A stretch of DNA of 63,273 nt, filler included, from Pelomyxa schiedti (Eukaryota > Protista > Evosea), in NCBI GenBank assembly GCA_020536535.1. It is 6 parts of 6 records of this genome, joined end to end, with 100 filler letters (N's around TTAATTAATTAA, not from the genome) between each part and the next. Parts side by side here need not be neighbours in the genome. Positions count along the whole stretch, not along the records: positions 31,481 to 53,442 come from JAHLWZ010001068.1; positions 53,543 to 58,481 come from JAHLWZ010001544.1; 4 more parts are not named here. One strand, 5' to 3'. Positions 48,271-58,581 of this stretch are shown piece by piece; position 1 is the first letter of the stretch, and each line of letters starts with the position of its first letter. A program made the position numbers and the translations under genes. Below the pieces are notes generated by a model. That model was not told the DNA's origin. It worked only from the letters and a program-made list of their open reading frames with translations, and made no database searches.

Positions 48271-49372
48271 TTAAAAACGAAAGCACCTCACCACACTTTT
48301 CTGAGTGACAGCTTTCCCCAATACACTCTCAAGAGTCTTCCTCTTGTTCATCCCGGGCTGAATCACTGAGTTTTCATAATAATGTGTTGGGGAAAAAAAA
48401 ATACGTTGTGAAGGCCACCCGCAGACACCACCACGAAGTAGTTGCATGATCAGAGTACTCTCGTGGAATTCACCTCCTGGGGCAAAGTGAGCCTCTGAGT
48501 AGGTATCAAACAGCACAATAGCATCATCGAATGCCTTTCTGGCAAGACTGTTAGACTCTTTGGATAATCTTGAATTGGGTTAAAGAGATAACCGGAGATT
48601 GTAAAAAAGATACCCAAGGATCTCATAATAAAACACACTGAAGTTTACTGCAAGGGCAAGGCGAGTAGGGTGACAAGCAGGAAGCTCTGCACTTGCAATG
48701 TCAGAGGCAATTCGGTACGCCGTCATCGCATTGTCTGTTGCCGCTTTACAACTTTCAGCACATCGGAGTTCGGCAAGGTACCGGCAGTAATCTCCTTTCC
48801 TTCAGCAATTAGGTTAGGGGAGTGGTTGACGTGCAGAATTCTTCCAAAGATTTACATTGTGAAGAAGTGAACCTTTTCTTCCGGACTGACACTGCTGGGG
48901 ATCAGAGTTCCGTCCAAAATTCCAACGACTTCGTGGCACAGGGAATATATTTCACCCTCAATCTTCTGCCGGTATCCTCTGACCCATCTCAGACCACTCG
49001 TTCCTCTTTGCTTTTCCTTTTTTTTAGTTTTTTTTGTTAGGTTAGTTTGGTTTTCATTCGGGAAAACCTTTTCTTCCACTGACGACGCACAACGCCATGC
49101 AACGCGCCTTGCACCTATCAAGTTTTTATAGCCATCAATGAACAGTTGTCTCCCAGGTGGTCCATGTATCAACACAGTCCCCTCACTTCGTTCCAAAAGC
49201 ATTTTCATGAAAGTGACCACATCTGTGTTTCGCAAAATGACAACAACACCCTTGTCGAATGGGTTTGGAACGAAGACACAAAGAAAAAACCCTCGTAACG
49301 TTCGGCTTCCTGGGCCGTATTGGCCATAAACAACAGCATCTCAGCGTCGTAATGCTCATTATGGTGGGACAT
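48271..49372 (-). CDS. Divergent 14-3-3 protein, multi-exon
   Basis: [16 protein letters not shown]|[86 protein letters not shown]. Confidence 0.93.
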
Positions 49373-49422
49373 TTCAACCGCCTTCTATGAAACAAATTGC
49401 GTGATGAGCATCAATTCCGTAA

Positions 49423-50769
49423 ATGGCCACTTTCAGCACCACACTCAACGACTCGGTACTGAACTTGACAGCAGTTGCCTGCTTCACCACCACGACGCGG
49501 GGCCAGATGGGCGCCCTGGCCGCTGCGGCCACGGTCGCGCGGTGCGGGGCGGGGAGCCCCATGGTGGCCGTCATGGGCCGCGGCCACGCCGCCTGGCTCG
49601 TCCGCTCCCTGTGGTCCGGCCTCGTCCGCCCCACCCTCCGCACCTTCGTCCTGCAGGTCTCCGGCACCTCGGCGCAGCCCAGCCCGCGCCCGCGCCCGCA
49701 GCGCCCGCGGGCCGCCCCCCCCGCCAGCGCCATCGTCTCCGTGTCCCTCTCCCCGCTGCTCCTCGGGGCCGGCCCCTCCGCGCCCTCGCTGCGCAGGCCC
49801 GACCCGCGGGCCGCCGCGTGGGTGGACTCCGGCCGCGTGGTGACGCGCACCCCATGGAGCGCGGGCGGGGCCGTCCTGCGCCTCTCCCCGGCGGCGGCGT
49901 GCGAGGGGGAGCGGGAGCCTGTGGTTGCGCCAGTGGGCAGGATACCGTGGGACACCCGTTTCAGGTTGGTGGCTGGGCCCAAGTGGGTGATGTACTTGAC
50001 GTTCAAGCAACCGGGCGATCCTGTCATGCTCAACGTCGTTCGGCTGAGCGGCCTTGCCAAGGGGTCTGGGACCCCCGGGTGCGTAGGCGGGTCTGTGTCT
50101 GTGGACATGCCGCAGCTTGTGGGAGCCGGCACAATCCACATGTTTTATGACCACTGTGCAGTTGACGGTGAGGTCATCATCACCATCTCCAGAGATAGCA
50201 ACACTGTGATTCTGGTTGTCGACGCGGAGCGAACCTATAACAGCAGGAGCCTGGCTTTGCTGAGCACAACCGCGTGCGGGTTCCCGGCCTGCTATGTGTT
50301 CTCGTCACTTGTTGTGATGAGGAGCTGGGGCAGGAGTCCTCCTGGTCGTTGTGGGTCACGCACATTCATTGTGAACACTCTGTTCTTGGGGACAGTTTAT
50401 GATGTGTATTGTGTTCAGGAAGGCACTGCAACTTCCACGCCAATCAGTAACCATGTGGTTGATGTGTTCCGTGTCTCTGACTCTCTGTTCTGTCTGTCAT
50501 TTGCCACAAACTACAAGCAAGAGTTGTTCAGTCTGTATGATGCCGACGACCCAACCCACCCACTTGACTTAATTCCCTCCATTGAAATGCACTTCAAGTC
50601 AAACAAAGTGCAGAAAGTCATGGCGCAGTCTGGGTTCATATTTGGTGTGTCAGGTAATGTAATTGATGTGATTGAGGCGAAAACTGGGTCTCTGTGCCTC
50701 ACCATCAGTTTCCCTGATTTCATCTCCATCAACCTTGCAAAACCACCCTTTTCCTGTTTTAGTTCCTAA
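49423..50769 (+). CDS. Family X intronless protein (copy 2)
   Basis: 448-aa ORF with TTRGQMGALAAAATVARCGAGS..GRGHAAWLVRSLWS, LSPLLL, SRTFIV, RVSDSLFC and GFIFGV..VIEAKTG..TISF. Confidence 0.9.
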   Translation: MATFSTTLNDSVLNLTAVACFTTTTRGQMGALAAAATVARCGAGSPMVAVMGRGHAAWLVRSLWSGLVRPTLRTFVLQVSGTSAQPSPRPRPQRPRAAPPASAIVSVSLSPLLLGAGPSAPSLRRPDPRAAAWVDSGRVVTRTPWSAGGAVLRLSPAAACEGEREPVVAPVGRIPWDTRFRLVAGPKWVMYLTFKQPGDPVMLNVVRLSGLAKGSGTPGCVGGSVSVDMPQLVGAGTIHMFYDHCAVDGEVIITISRDSNTVILVVDAERTYNSRSLALLSTTACGFPACYVFSSLVVMRSWGRSPPGRCGSRTFIVNTLFLGTVYDVYCVQEGTATSTPISNHVVDVFRVSDSLFCLSFATNYKQELFSLYDADDPTHPLDLIPSIEMHFKSNKVQKVMAQSGFIFGVSGNVIDVIEAKTGSLCLTISFPDFISINLAKPPFSCFSS

Positions 50770-50997
50770 CATTGTTCAAGAGAAATAAATAATATCCTGC
50801 TGAACGAGAGTTTTGCCCCTTGCACAACACCGAAATAACACTGACGAAAGCCGGAGTTGAGAAAACCGGCAAAAACCGGTGTAAAAGTGCTCAGGACTGA
50901 GGACAGGGGGCAGGAGATTTCAGAGAAGCAAGAATGGGTTGTCGTACTTGTTTTGTTTTTTGTCCACACAGAATGATGTCTGGGGTGTTCTGGCTGA

Positions 50998-52344
50998 TCA
51001 AGATGAGAATGGTGTTGCAATGAGGTCGACAGATTTTGCTTTCAAACCAGTGAAGCTTATGGTGACGCACAGAAACCCAGTTAAGGGCTCAATCACATCA
51101 ATCAAGTTGCCAAACACACCAAAAATAAAGCCAGAATTTGCCATGAGCTTCTTCGCTTTGATTCCCTTGTGTGATTTGGTGTTGGTGTGATGTGTGTCAC
51201 TGGTTGACTGAGCAACATCAAGTGGCTGGATTGGATTGTCACGGTGAAACAGATTGATCTGTGGGTGTTTTTTGCAGAATGACACACAGAACCAGGTATC
51301 TGACACACGGAACACACCAACCACGGTTTTAAGCATGACAGGCGTTGGAATTGCGGTGCCTTCCTGCACATGGAATGCTTGAAAAAGAGAATTCCATAAC
51401 AGAGTCTGCACAATGAAAGTGCGTGATCCAAAAGCTGGAGAACAGTGATCCCAGTTCCTCATCACAACCAGAGAAACAAATGAGCGCCCAAGTGCAAATT
51501 CACACGTGGTTGTGCTCAACACAACCAGGCTCTTGCTGTTGTGTGTCTTCTCCACATCGACAACCAGGATCACAGTCCTGTTTTCCTTGGAATGAGTGAC
51601 AATGACCTCACTGTCTACCGACTGGTCGGGATACACCCCAACCATACCCTTGCCAGCAAGTTGTGGAACCTCCACAACAACAGAGCCGGGTCCGAGGCAC
51701 TCGTCCTCACCGCAATCCAGCACAGAGAACCCACCATTCAGCGGCGTCACAGTCAAAGTCACCATGCGGTCGCAGCCTTTTGTCCAGGGCCGTTCCCCCC
51801 TGCCAGGCCCAGCAACCGTGGCCCACCTTGCCCCAATCACGTAGCAATCCCAGGGGCTCACCGCCACAGGCACCGCGGTGCTGGGATCCGCAGGCAGGCC
51901 CTGCACAACAAGCACTGCGCCGCCGCCCATGGCGCGTGTCGCCCAACCTGTGACGGTGCTGGGGCCCACCCTCGTCGCCCCGCGCGGGGTGTCGGGTCCG
52001 AGACCCGGCGCGGAGGCTACTCCGAGGAGCAAAGGGGACACGACGACGGAGAGAGACAGGGCCACGTGGCTGACGAGGCCCTTGTCGACGAGCAGAGTGC
52101 CCCGCACCTCCAGGGCCAAGGCGCGGAGGGTGGGGCGGACGAGGTCGGACCACAGGGAGCGGACGAGCCAGGCGGCGTGGCCGCGGCCCATGACGGCAAC
52201 CATGGGGCTCCCCGCCCCGCACCGCGCGACCGTGGCCGCAGCGGCCAGGGCGCCGAGCTGGTCGCGCGTGGTGGTGGTGCAGGCAAATGATATGCCGATT
52301 TCTTCGTCGCTGTATGTAGTCGCGGTGCTTGTGAATGTTGCCAT
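50998..52344 (-). CDS. Family X intronless protein (copy 3), convergent with copy 2
   Basis: 448-aa ORF with the same motif order. N-terminal cassette nearly identical to copy 2. Confidence 0.9.
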   Translation of the reverse strand: MATFTSTATTYSDEEIGISFACTTTTRDQLGALAAAATVARCGAGSPMVAVMGRGHAAWLVRSLWSDLVRPTLRALALEVRGTLLVDKGLVSHVALSLSVVVSPLLLGVASAPGLGPDTPRGATRVGPSTVTGWATRAMGGGAVLVVQGLPADPSTAVPVAVSPWDCYVIGARWATVAGPGRGERPWTKGCDRMVTLTVTPLNGGFSVLDCGEDECLGPGSVVVEVPQLAGKGMVGVYPDQSVDSEVIVTHSKENRTVILVVDVEKTHNSKSLVVLSTTTCEFALGRSFVSLVVMRNWDHCSPAFGSRTFIVQTLLWNSLFQAFHVQEGTAIPTPVMLKTVVGVFRVSDTWFCVSFCKKHPQINLFHRDNPIQPLDVAQSTSDTHHTNTKSHKGIKAKKLMANSGFIFGVFGNLIDVIEPLTGFLCVTISFTGLKAKSVDLIATPFSS

Positions 52345-52501
52345 TTATCTCAGTCACTTAGCTTTTAGGAGAATCGGAGGTTGAGGGATTCCATTGGTAA
52401 ATTGAGTCTCATGATACACCAATCGATGTTGTTGTGGCTTTTCTCCAAGCTCCTCTTGGGCATTGACGCTGCTGATCTAAAAAATCGATAAAAAAAATCA
52501 G

Positions 52502-53442
52502 GTGTGGCAAACGGGCTTAGATTTTCTATCCAAATATTTAGCTCACCTCGCCACAGCTGGCACACAACACGAAACGGTAGTACTTGGGGATAACTGTCTG
52601 AGTGGGATCTGTGCCGGGCTGGAAATGGTTACGTCTCTTGGGCTTGGCGACTACGGCCGTGTCTACCACTCCTGCCTGGATCTCCTCTCGTCGTCGTCGT
52701 CTAGACGTGTCACCGCCACGACCACCATCCTCGAGGATGATGGCACCGTGGGAGGCGTTGCTGTAAGCGCACCACAACCGCCACAACAACCCACAAGTGG
52801 ATCTGGGCGGCACCACCGCCGGCGGTTCGATTTGAATGGCCTCCTGGCGTCAACAATTGACCCACTCAACACATATGTTGATGGTGATGGTGATGGTGAT
52901 GGTGATGGTGATGGTGGCAACGACGGGGGGGTGCACTGTGACTGCGGCGAACTTGGTGGAGGGGGAGGGAAGTGGAGGGCACTGGCACTGTTGGTGCTGA
53001 GGAGTGTTTACAGCTGGAAGCCATCGCTGTTCAAGGAGTACAGGCCCCACCTCGTGTTCCCACCTGAGGGTTTGAGGATCGCCGCGAAGAGTTGTTCCAT
53101 GGAATCTCTGCGGATTCTAAAAGAAGTGCTGGATACGGCTTGTTTGAACAAGCCCAGGCCTGATGCGGATACTGCTGCTATGTCACAAGAAGAAAAACGG
53201 AAGTACGAGGAGGAAAAGGCCATGTGGTGTGCTGGAACGTTCCTCAGAAATGTGTGTTTGTTCCACGGCATCGGAACACCTGAGAACAAGAGGGGTGCAT
53301 TACTCCTGGATTTGGAGTGTGAGCCTTATGGGTTCGGACCGTCCCTTTTTGACATTGGATGGTTCTATGAAGGAGGGCAAAGCGGGGTTGAGAGGGACTT
53401 GGCCAAGGCCTTCCAGTACTATCTGTCTGCTGCTGAGAGGGG
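52502..53442 (+). CDS. SEL1-like repeat protein, 3'-truncated by contig end
   Basis: LFHGIGTPENKRGA and LFDIGWFYEGGQSGVERDLAKAFQYYLSAAERG, plus a (GD)n tract. Start uncertain. Confidence 0.75.
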
Positions 53443-53542
53443 NNNNNNNNNNNNNNNNNNNNNNNNNNNNNNNNNNNNNNNNNNNNTTAATTAATTAANN
53501 NNNNNNNNNNNNNNNNNNNNNNNNNNNNNNNNNNNNNNNNNN
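53443..53542. other. Artificial contig linker
   Basis: N-TTAATTAATTAA-N spacer. Confidence 0.97.
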
Positions 53543-54108
53543 AGGAAAAAAAGAAAGTGTCAACAGATACAATCGTAACTGTTCACGGTGGCGCACTTTG
53601 TGTTTTAATCGCAGTGTAGCCCCTGTTTGTGGTGGAATCATCTGAGTACGTGCTGGCTGATATCAACCAGATGTCTGCAGACTGTGGTGTCTTGCCTTTC
53701 TTGCTGCTTTCACAGTGCACAGATCTGTTCACTGAAAAAAAAAAGAGGGACGAGGAGCGTTTTTTTTCTGAGTTGGGTCACGTGGAAAGTCCTCTTCGAA
53801 ACACGCAGATCCTGTCTGGAAGGATGTTCACAAAGTTTTATAGTTAGGTATAGTAAGTAACCTTGTGAAGAGCATAAACCAAATTTTTCTTGGTTTCGTC
53901 ATGCCCATTTTGCGTTGCACATGAAGTCGTGCACGAGCTCACGCTCGTATTTCAGGACTGCGGCCATGCGGCCAGATACGAGGTGCCTCACGACGACTGA
54001 TGGCATCTCGTTCGTGTCGACGACGCGGTGAACGTCGGCATGGTGTGATCTGGCGTTGCCATCTCTTGCTGATCAAAATCCCCCTCGGTTGTTTTTTTCA
54101 GGGAAGTG

Positions 54109-55365
54109 ATGGCGGTGTGGAAGTTGACGATCGGCACCGAGTGTAGAGCTTTGACGCCGCTTTGCGAACTGACGACGCGCACCCAACTTGGTGCGATTGC
54201 CGCGGCGACGGTCGAGCGGTGCGGCGCCGGCAGCGCGATGCAGCGAGTTATGGGACGCGGTCACGCCGCCACGTTCGTCCGCGTGCTGTGGTCCGACTGG
54301 GTCCGTCCCACAATCACACTTTTCGTGCTGGACCTGTCTGGGGAGTACCGCAGCAAAACCGGCTCGACCGACTTCACGCTGTGGTTCGCCGTCTCGCCTC
54401 TGTTGATGAGCCTCTCACACGGCCCAGTGGCCACAAAACAAAGGCAGCTCAGAACACTGTACAACAAGGTGTACACACCCAGAGCCTCCACTTGTGCCAG
54501 CACTGCCACTACCACTTCCCGCGGCGCATTGGGAAACACGTCATGCACCTACAACACCAAGTGGGTGGCATTTGTTCGTTCTTACCACAACAGCACAGCA
54601 GCAGCAGCAGCGGCGGCGGATGGCACTCGCCCAATAACTTCTGCCACTCTGTGTGTTGCGCCAATGAAGGGGGGTGTGATTATTGGATGTGATGGCGCCG
54701 GGTGTGATTTGGAGCGCCTTGTTGTTGTGGACATTCCAGTGATCGATACTGATTGTGTTGCGATGTTCCTTCACGTTGACCAGTCTGTATGCTGCGAGCT
54801 GATTATTTCCCAAATAACGGGGAGTGCACTTGTGGTGCTGGTTGTTGACATGGAACAGACGTGCAACGCCAAGAGGCTGGCCCTCCTGGGCACGAGAAGG
54901 TGTGATTTCCACCTTTCCTACATGTATTTCTCTCTTGTTGTGTTGAGGAACTGGGACCAGAAGTCTCCTGCTTATGGATCTCGCACTTTTATTGTGAAGA
55001 GCGGCAGTGAAATCTTCCACTTTGCAGAGGGACCAGTTTCCCACCTGGTACCAACAGTCATCAACTGCTACAATTGTACTGATGAGTTGTTTCGCGTGTC
55101 TGACTCCCTGTTTGGAGTATCCAGTTCTAGTTCCTTCAAGTTCTATCACCGTGACAATGTGGCACAACAAGTTCAACACGCTCCATCAGGCCAATTGCAA
55201 TCAAATCAGTACCATGGCACAGGACGGGCAGGGTTCATTTTCAAAGTGTTTACTGACATGATAGAGGTTGTTGAACCACTATCAGGGTTGGTTGTGCTCA
55301 CAGTCAACTTTCCTGAGCTCCAAGTTCTTGACCTCGACAGACCACCCTTCTCCTGCTTCTTTTGA
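54109..55365 (+). CDS. Family X intronless protein (copy 4)
   Basis: TTRTQLGAIAAATVERCGAGS..MGRGHAATFVRVLWSDWVRPT, VSPLLM, LRNWD..GSRTFIV, RVSDSLF and PPFSCFF*. Confidence 0.9.
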   Translation: MAVWKLTIGTECRALTPLCELTTRTQLGAIAAATVERCGAGSAMQRVMGRGHAATFVRVLWSDWVRPTITLFVLDLSGEYRSKTGSTDFTLWFAVSPLLMSLSHGPVATKQRQLRTLYNKVYTPRASTCASTATTTSRGALGNTSCTYNTKWVAFVRSYHNSTAAAAAAADGTRPITSATLCVAPMKGGVIIGCDGAGCDLERLVVVDIPVIDTDCVAMFLHVDQSVCCELIISQITGSALVVLVVDMEQTCNAKRLALLGTRRCDFHLSYMYFSLVVLRNWDQKSPAYGSRTFIVKSGSEIFHFAEGPVSHLVPTVINCYNCTDELFRVSDSLFGVSSSSSFKFYHRDNVAQQVQHAPSGQLQSNQYHGTGRAGFIFKVFTDMIEVVEPLSGLVVLTVNFPELQVLDLDRPPFSCFF

Positions 55366-55441
55366 CTGTCTTCCTCGACAGACCACCCTCTTCTGACTGT
55401 TTTATTCAGCAAGAAAAAAAGAAAGAACTAAATTTTGTGGG

Positions 55442-56779
55442 TCACAAGAAGAATGAGTGAGGTGAAATCCAAAGTGACTTCAAACCAGTGAAACTGATTG
55501 TGAGCACAACACGACATGATGTTGGCTCAATGACCTCCACACTGCTGCTCGTGGACACCTTGAATACGAATCCTGCCTCTACTCTCAACAGCAATGTGTC
55601 GGCATCACTGATGTGTGACTCGCAGTGGGGGGTCAGTGGCGGTGCCACATTATCTCGGTGATACACATTGAACTTTCCTCCCTGGTTGTTGTCGGAGTAG
55701 AATGACACACAAAACAGTGAGTCGGACAGGCGATCCACATCACCCACGTTGTCATTATCTAAGTTGAGGCACTTGGAAGTGGCTGTTGATTCACCCACCA
55801 CGAACACTTCATGGAGTGCACGATTTAAGACTCTCAGGGCCTTCACAATGAAAGTGCGCGACCCATAACCCCCTCCAGGATAACGCCGATCCCAGTTCCG
55901 CAACACAGACAGCTGTAAGAATGAATAACCGCTCGGCAATTCCAAAGTAGTTGTGCTCAGCAGAACCAGCCTCCCGCTGTTGTACGTCTGCTCCACGTCA
56001 ACAACATAAATAGTGGCCCTGCTGCTCCCATTGCTGTGTGTCACAACGACCTCGCTGTCAACAGATCTGTCAGGAGACACATGCATCAAGCTGCTACCAA
56101 TCAGAGCCACAAACGGCAAGTCAACAACAACAGATCTGCCGACTGCCGACTCCACGCCACCACAACAACCACCTCCTTCTCCATCAACATCACAACCACC
56201 AGGGACCCCCTGCAACGACGCAACAGCCAACGTGGCCGCGCTGTTCCTCGAATTGTGGGGGGTGTATGTTGCCATGGCCGCATATTTGGCGTTGAACGCG
56301 AACTCCTGCACGGCCCGATGTATGTACTTCATGACTGCGGCCCCGCGGCCAGATCCGTGGTGCCTGACGACGACTGATGGGCCGAGATCGGCCAGAATCT
56401 CCTTGTCCACGACGCGGTGGCTGTCGACCCACGTGCCTGGTGTCAACATGAAAGGGGCGAGTGCCGGCCCGCTGGCGACGCTCAGGAGGAGCGGGGAGAC
56501 ACTGAACGTCAGCGCGGTGGTCTCGGAGGTGCCGCGGACCGACCCAGTGACTTTGAGAACGAACAGGCGGATTGTGGGACGGACCCAGTCGGACCACAGC
56601 AGGCGGGCGAACGTGGTGGCGTGGCTGCGTCCCATAATTTGCTGCAGTGCACTGCCCCCGCCGCAGCGCGGTATCGTGGCACCCACTGCGAGGGCGACAA
56701 GTTGGCCGCGTGTGGTGACGGTGGCGGTTGATGTCACGCCGACAGCGATGTTTGTGGTGTCCCACGTTGTTGTTGCCAT
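55442..56779 (-). CDS. Family X intronless protein (copy 5)
   Basis: The ORF track starts at 56839, but the ATG of MATTTWD (56779) aligns with the copy 6 start. Same motifs. Confidence 0.9.
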   Translation of the reverse strand: MATTTWDTTNIAVGVTSTATVTTRGQLVALAVGATIPRCGGGSALQQIMGRSHATTFARLLWSDWVRPTIRLFVLKVTGSVRGTSETTALTFSVSPLLLSVASGPALAPFMLTPGTWVDSHRVVDKEILADLGPSVVVRHHGSGRGAAVMKYIHRAVQEFAFNAKYAAMATYTPHNSRNSAATLAVASLQGVPGGCDVDGEGGGCCGGVESAVGRSVVVDLPFVALIGSSLMHVSPDRSVDSEVVVTHSNGSSRATIYVVDVEQTYNSGRLVLLSTTTLELPSGYSFLQLSVLRNWDRRYPGGGYGSRTFIVKALRVLNRALHEVFVVGESTATSKCLNLDNDNVGDVDRLSDSLFCVSFYSDNNQGGKFNVYHRDNVAPPLTPHCESHISDADTLLLRVEAGFVFKVSTSSSVEVIEPTSCRVVLTISFTGLKSLWISPHSFFL

Positions 56780-56902
56780 TGCGTTTCTCTTGATGGTGGC
56801 TGATAAGCCCAAGTACTTGGTTATCCCTTTGTTAAACAAGCACCATCAAGTAAAATAAACCTGTTACCCTGATTTGAGTGAATTGTGAAGACTGTTGGTT
56901 TG

Positions 56903-58270
56903 TCACAAGAAGAACGAGTGAGGTGAAATCCGAAGTGACTTCAAACCAGGGAAACTGATTGCGAGCACAACATGACCCGATGTTGGCTCAATGACCTCCA
57001 CACTGCTGCTCGTGGACACCTTGAAGACGAATCCTGCCTCTGCCCTCACTTGCAATGTGTCAACATCCTTGAGGTGTGACTCGCTTCTGGGCGTGATTCC
57101 CCACTGGCAGTTTGGCTTTAGGGGCAGTGCCACGTTGTCACGGTGATACACTTTTAACTTACCTCCCTGGTTGTCGGAGTAGAGTGACACACAAAACAGT
57201 GAGTCGGACAGGCGATCCACATCACCCACGTTGTCATTGTGTAGGTTGAGGCACCTGGAAGTGGCTGTTGATTCCTCCACCTGGAATACTTCATTCCCTT
57301 CTCCCCTCCTCAGGGTCTTCACAATGAAAGTGCGTGACCCATAACCCCCTCCAGGAGAGCACAGATCCCAGTTCCGCAGCACAATCAGGTCTCTGAATGA
57401 ATGACCACTCGGTAATTTCCAAGTCGTTGTGCTCAGCAGAACCAGCCTCCCGCTGTTGTACGTCTGCTCCACGTCAACAACATAAATACTGGCTCTTCTG
57501 CTCCCATTGCTGTGTGTCACAACGACCTCGCTGTCAACAGATCTGTCAGGAGACACATGCATCAAGCTGCGACTCATCTGAGCTACAAACGGCAAGTCCA
57601 CAACAACAGATCTTCCGAATGCCGACTCCACGCCGCCACAACAACCACCTCCTCCTCCATCATCACCATCACAACCACCAGGGACCCCCTGCAACGACGC
57701 AACAGCCAACGTGGCCGCTGCACTTTTCCTCGACGATTCGTGGGGGGTGTATGTTGTCATGGCCGCCCATTTGGCGTTGAACGCGAACTCCTGCACGGGA
57801 GGCATGCACTTCATGACTGCGGCCCTGCGGCCAGATCCGTGGTGCCTGACGACGACTGACGGGCCGAGATCGGCCAGAATCTCCTTGTCGACGACGCGGT
57901 GGCGGTCGACCCACGTGCCTGGTGTCAACATCACCATGAAAGGCGCGAGTGCCGGCCCGCTGGCGACGCTCAGGAGGAGCGGGGAGACACTGAACGTCAG
58001 CGCGGTGGTCTCGGAGGCGCCGCGGACTAACCCGTTGACGTCGAGAACGAACAGCCTGATTGTGGGACGGACCCAGTCGGACCACAGCAGGCGGGCGAAC
58101 GTGGCGGCGTGGCCGCGTCCCATAATTTGCTGCAGTGCACTGCCCCCGCCGCAGCGCGGTATCGTGGCCCCCGCGGCGATGGCGCCAAGTTGGCCGCGCG
58201 TGGTGACGGTGGCGGTTGACGTCACGCCGACAGCGATGCTTGTGGTGTTCCACGTTGTTGTTGTTGCCAT
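56903..58270 (-). CDS. Family X intronless protein (copy 6), recent tandem duplicate of copy 5
   Basis: 455-aa ORF alignable to copy 5 at nucleotide level along its whole length. Confidence 0.9.
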   Translation of the reverse strand: MATTTTWNTTSIAVGVTSTATVTTRGQLGAIAAGATIPRCGGGSALQQIMGRGHAATFARLLWSDWVRPTIRLFVLDVNGLVRGASETTALTFSVSPLLLSVASGPALAPFMVMLTPGTWVDRHRVVDKEILADLGPSVVVRHHGSGRRAAVMKCMPPVQEFAFNAKWAAMTTYTPHESSRKSAAATLAVASLQGVPGGCDGDDGGGGGCCGGVESAFGRSVVVDLPFVAQMSRSLMHVSPDRSVDSEVVVTHSNGSRRASIYVVDVEQTYNSGRLVLLSTTTWKLPSGHSFRDLIVLRNWDLCSPGGGYGSRTFIVKTLRRGEGNEVFQVEESTATSRCLNLHNDNVGDVDRLSDSLFCVSLYSDNQGGKLKVYHRDNVALPLKPNCQWGITPRSESHLKDVDTLQVRAEAGFVFKVSTSSSVEVIEPTSGHVVLAISFPGLKSLRISPHSFFL

Positions 58271-58441
58271 TGCGTTTCTCTTGATGATTCCCCTGTTTCA
58301 TAGAATTCGAAAAAAAGTCTTCATTGAATTATCAAGATTTTTTTTTTTAATTGGTTCACTGGTGAGTTACAATAATCTAAAGGATGATGCCTGAATCCAT
58401 CATCCCCTTGTTCCAAAGAATGGAATGGAAAGATTGGTTGG

Positions 58442-58481
58442 TCACAAGAAGAACGAGCAAGGTGCAGTCCAGATTGATGTC
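58442..58481 (-). CDS. 3' tip of a probable seventh family X copy, cut by contig end
   Basis: GTCACAAGAAGAACGAG matches the stop region (SFFL*) of copy 6 at 56902. Confidence 0.6.
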
Positions 58482-58581
58482 NNNNNNNNNNNNNNNNNNN
58501 NNNNNNNNNNNNNNNNNNNNNNNNNTTAATTAATTAANNNNNNNNNNNNNNNNNNNNNNNNNNNNNNNNNNNNNNNNNNNN
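58482..58581. other. Artificial contig linker
   Basis: N-TTAATTAATTAA-N spacer. Confidence 0.97.

Noticed and set aside
53543-53850. Short ORF at contig start
   Set aside because: Probably the 3' end of a truncated gene, but there is no recognisable motif to support a call.
49374-58394. Long antisense or overlapping ORFs (for example 49374-50154, 51541-52384, 56013-56858, 57711-58394; also 3139-4239 and 6015-7307)
   Set aside because: Shadow ORFs caused by GC-rich or repetitive coding sequence. No motifs of their own.
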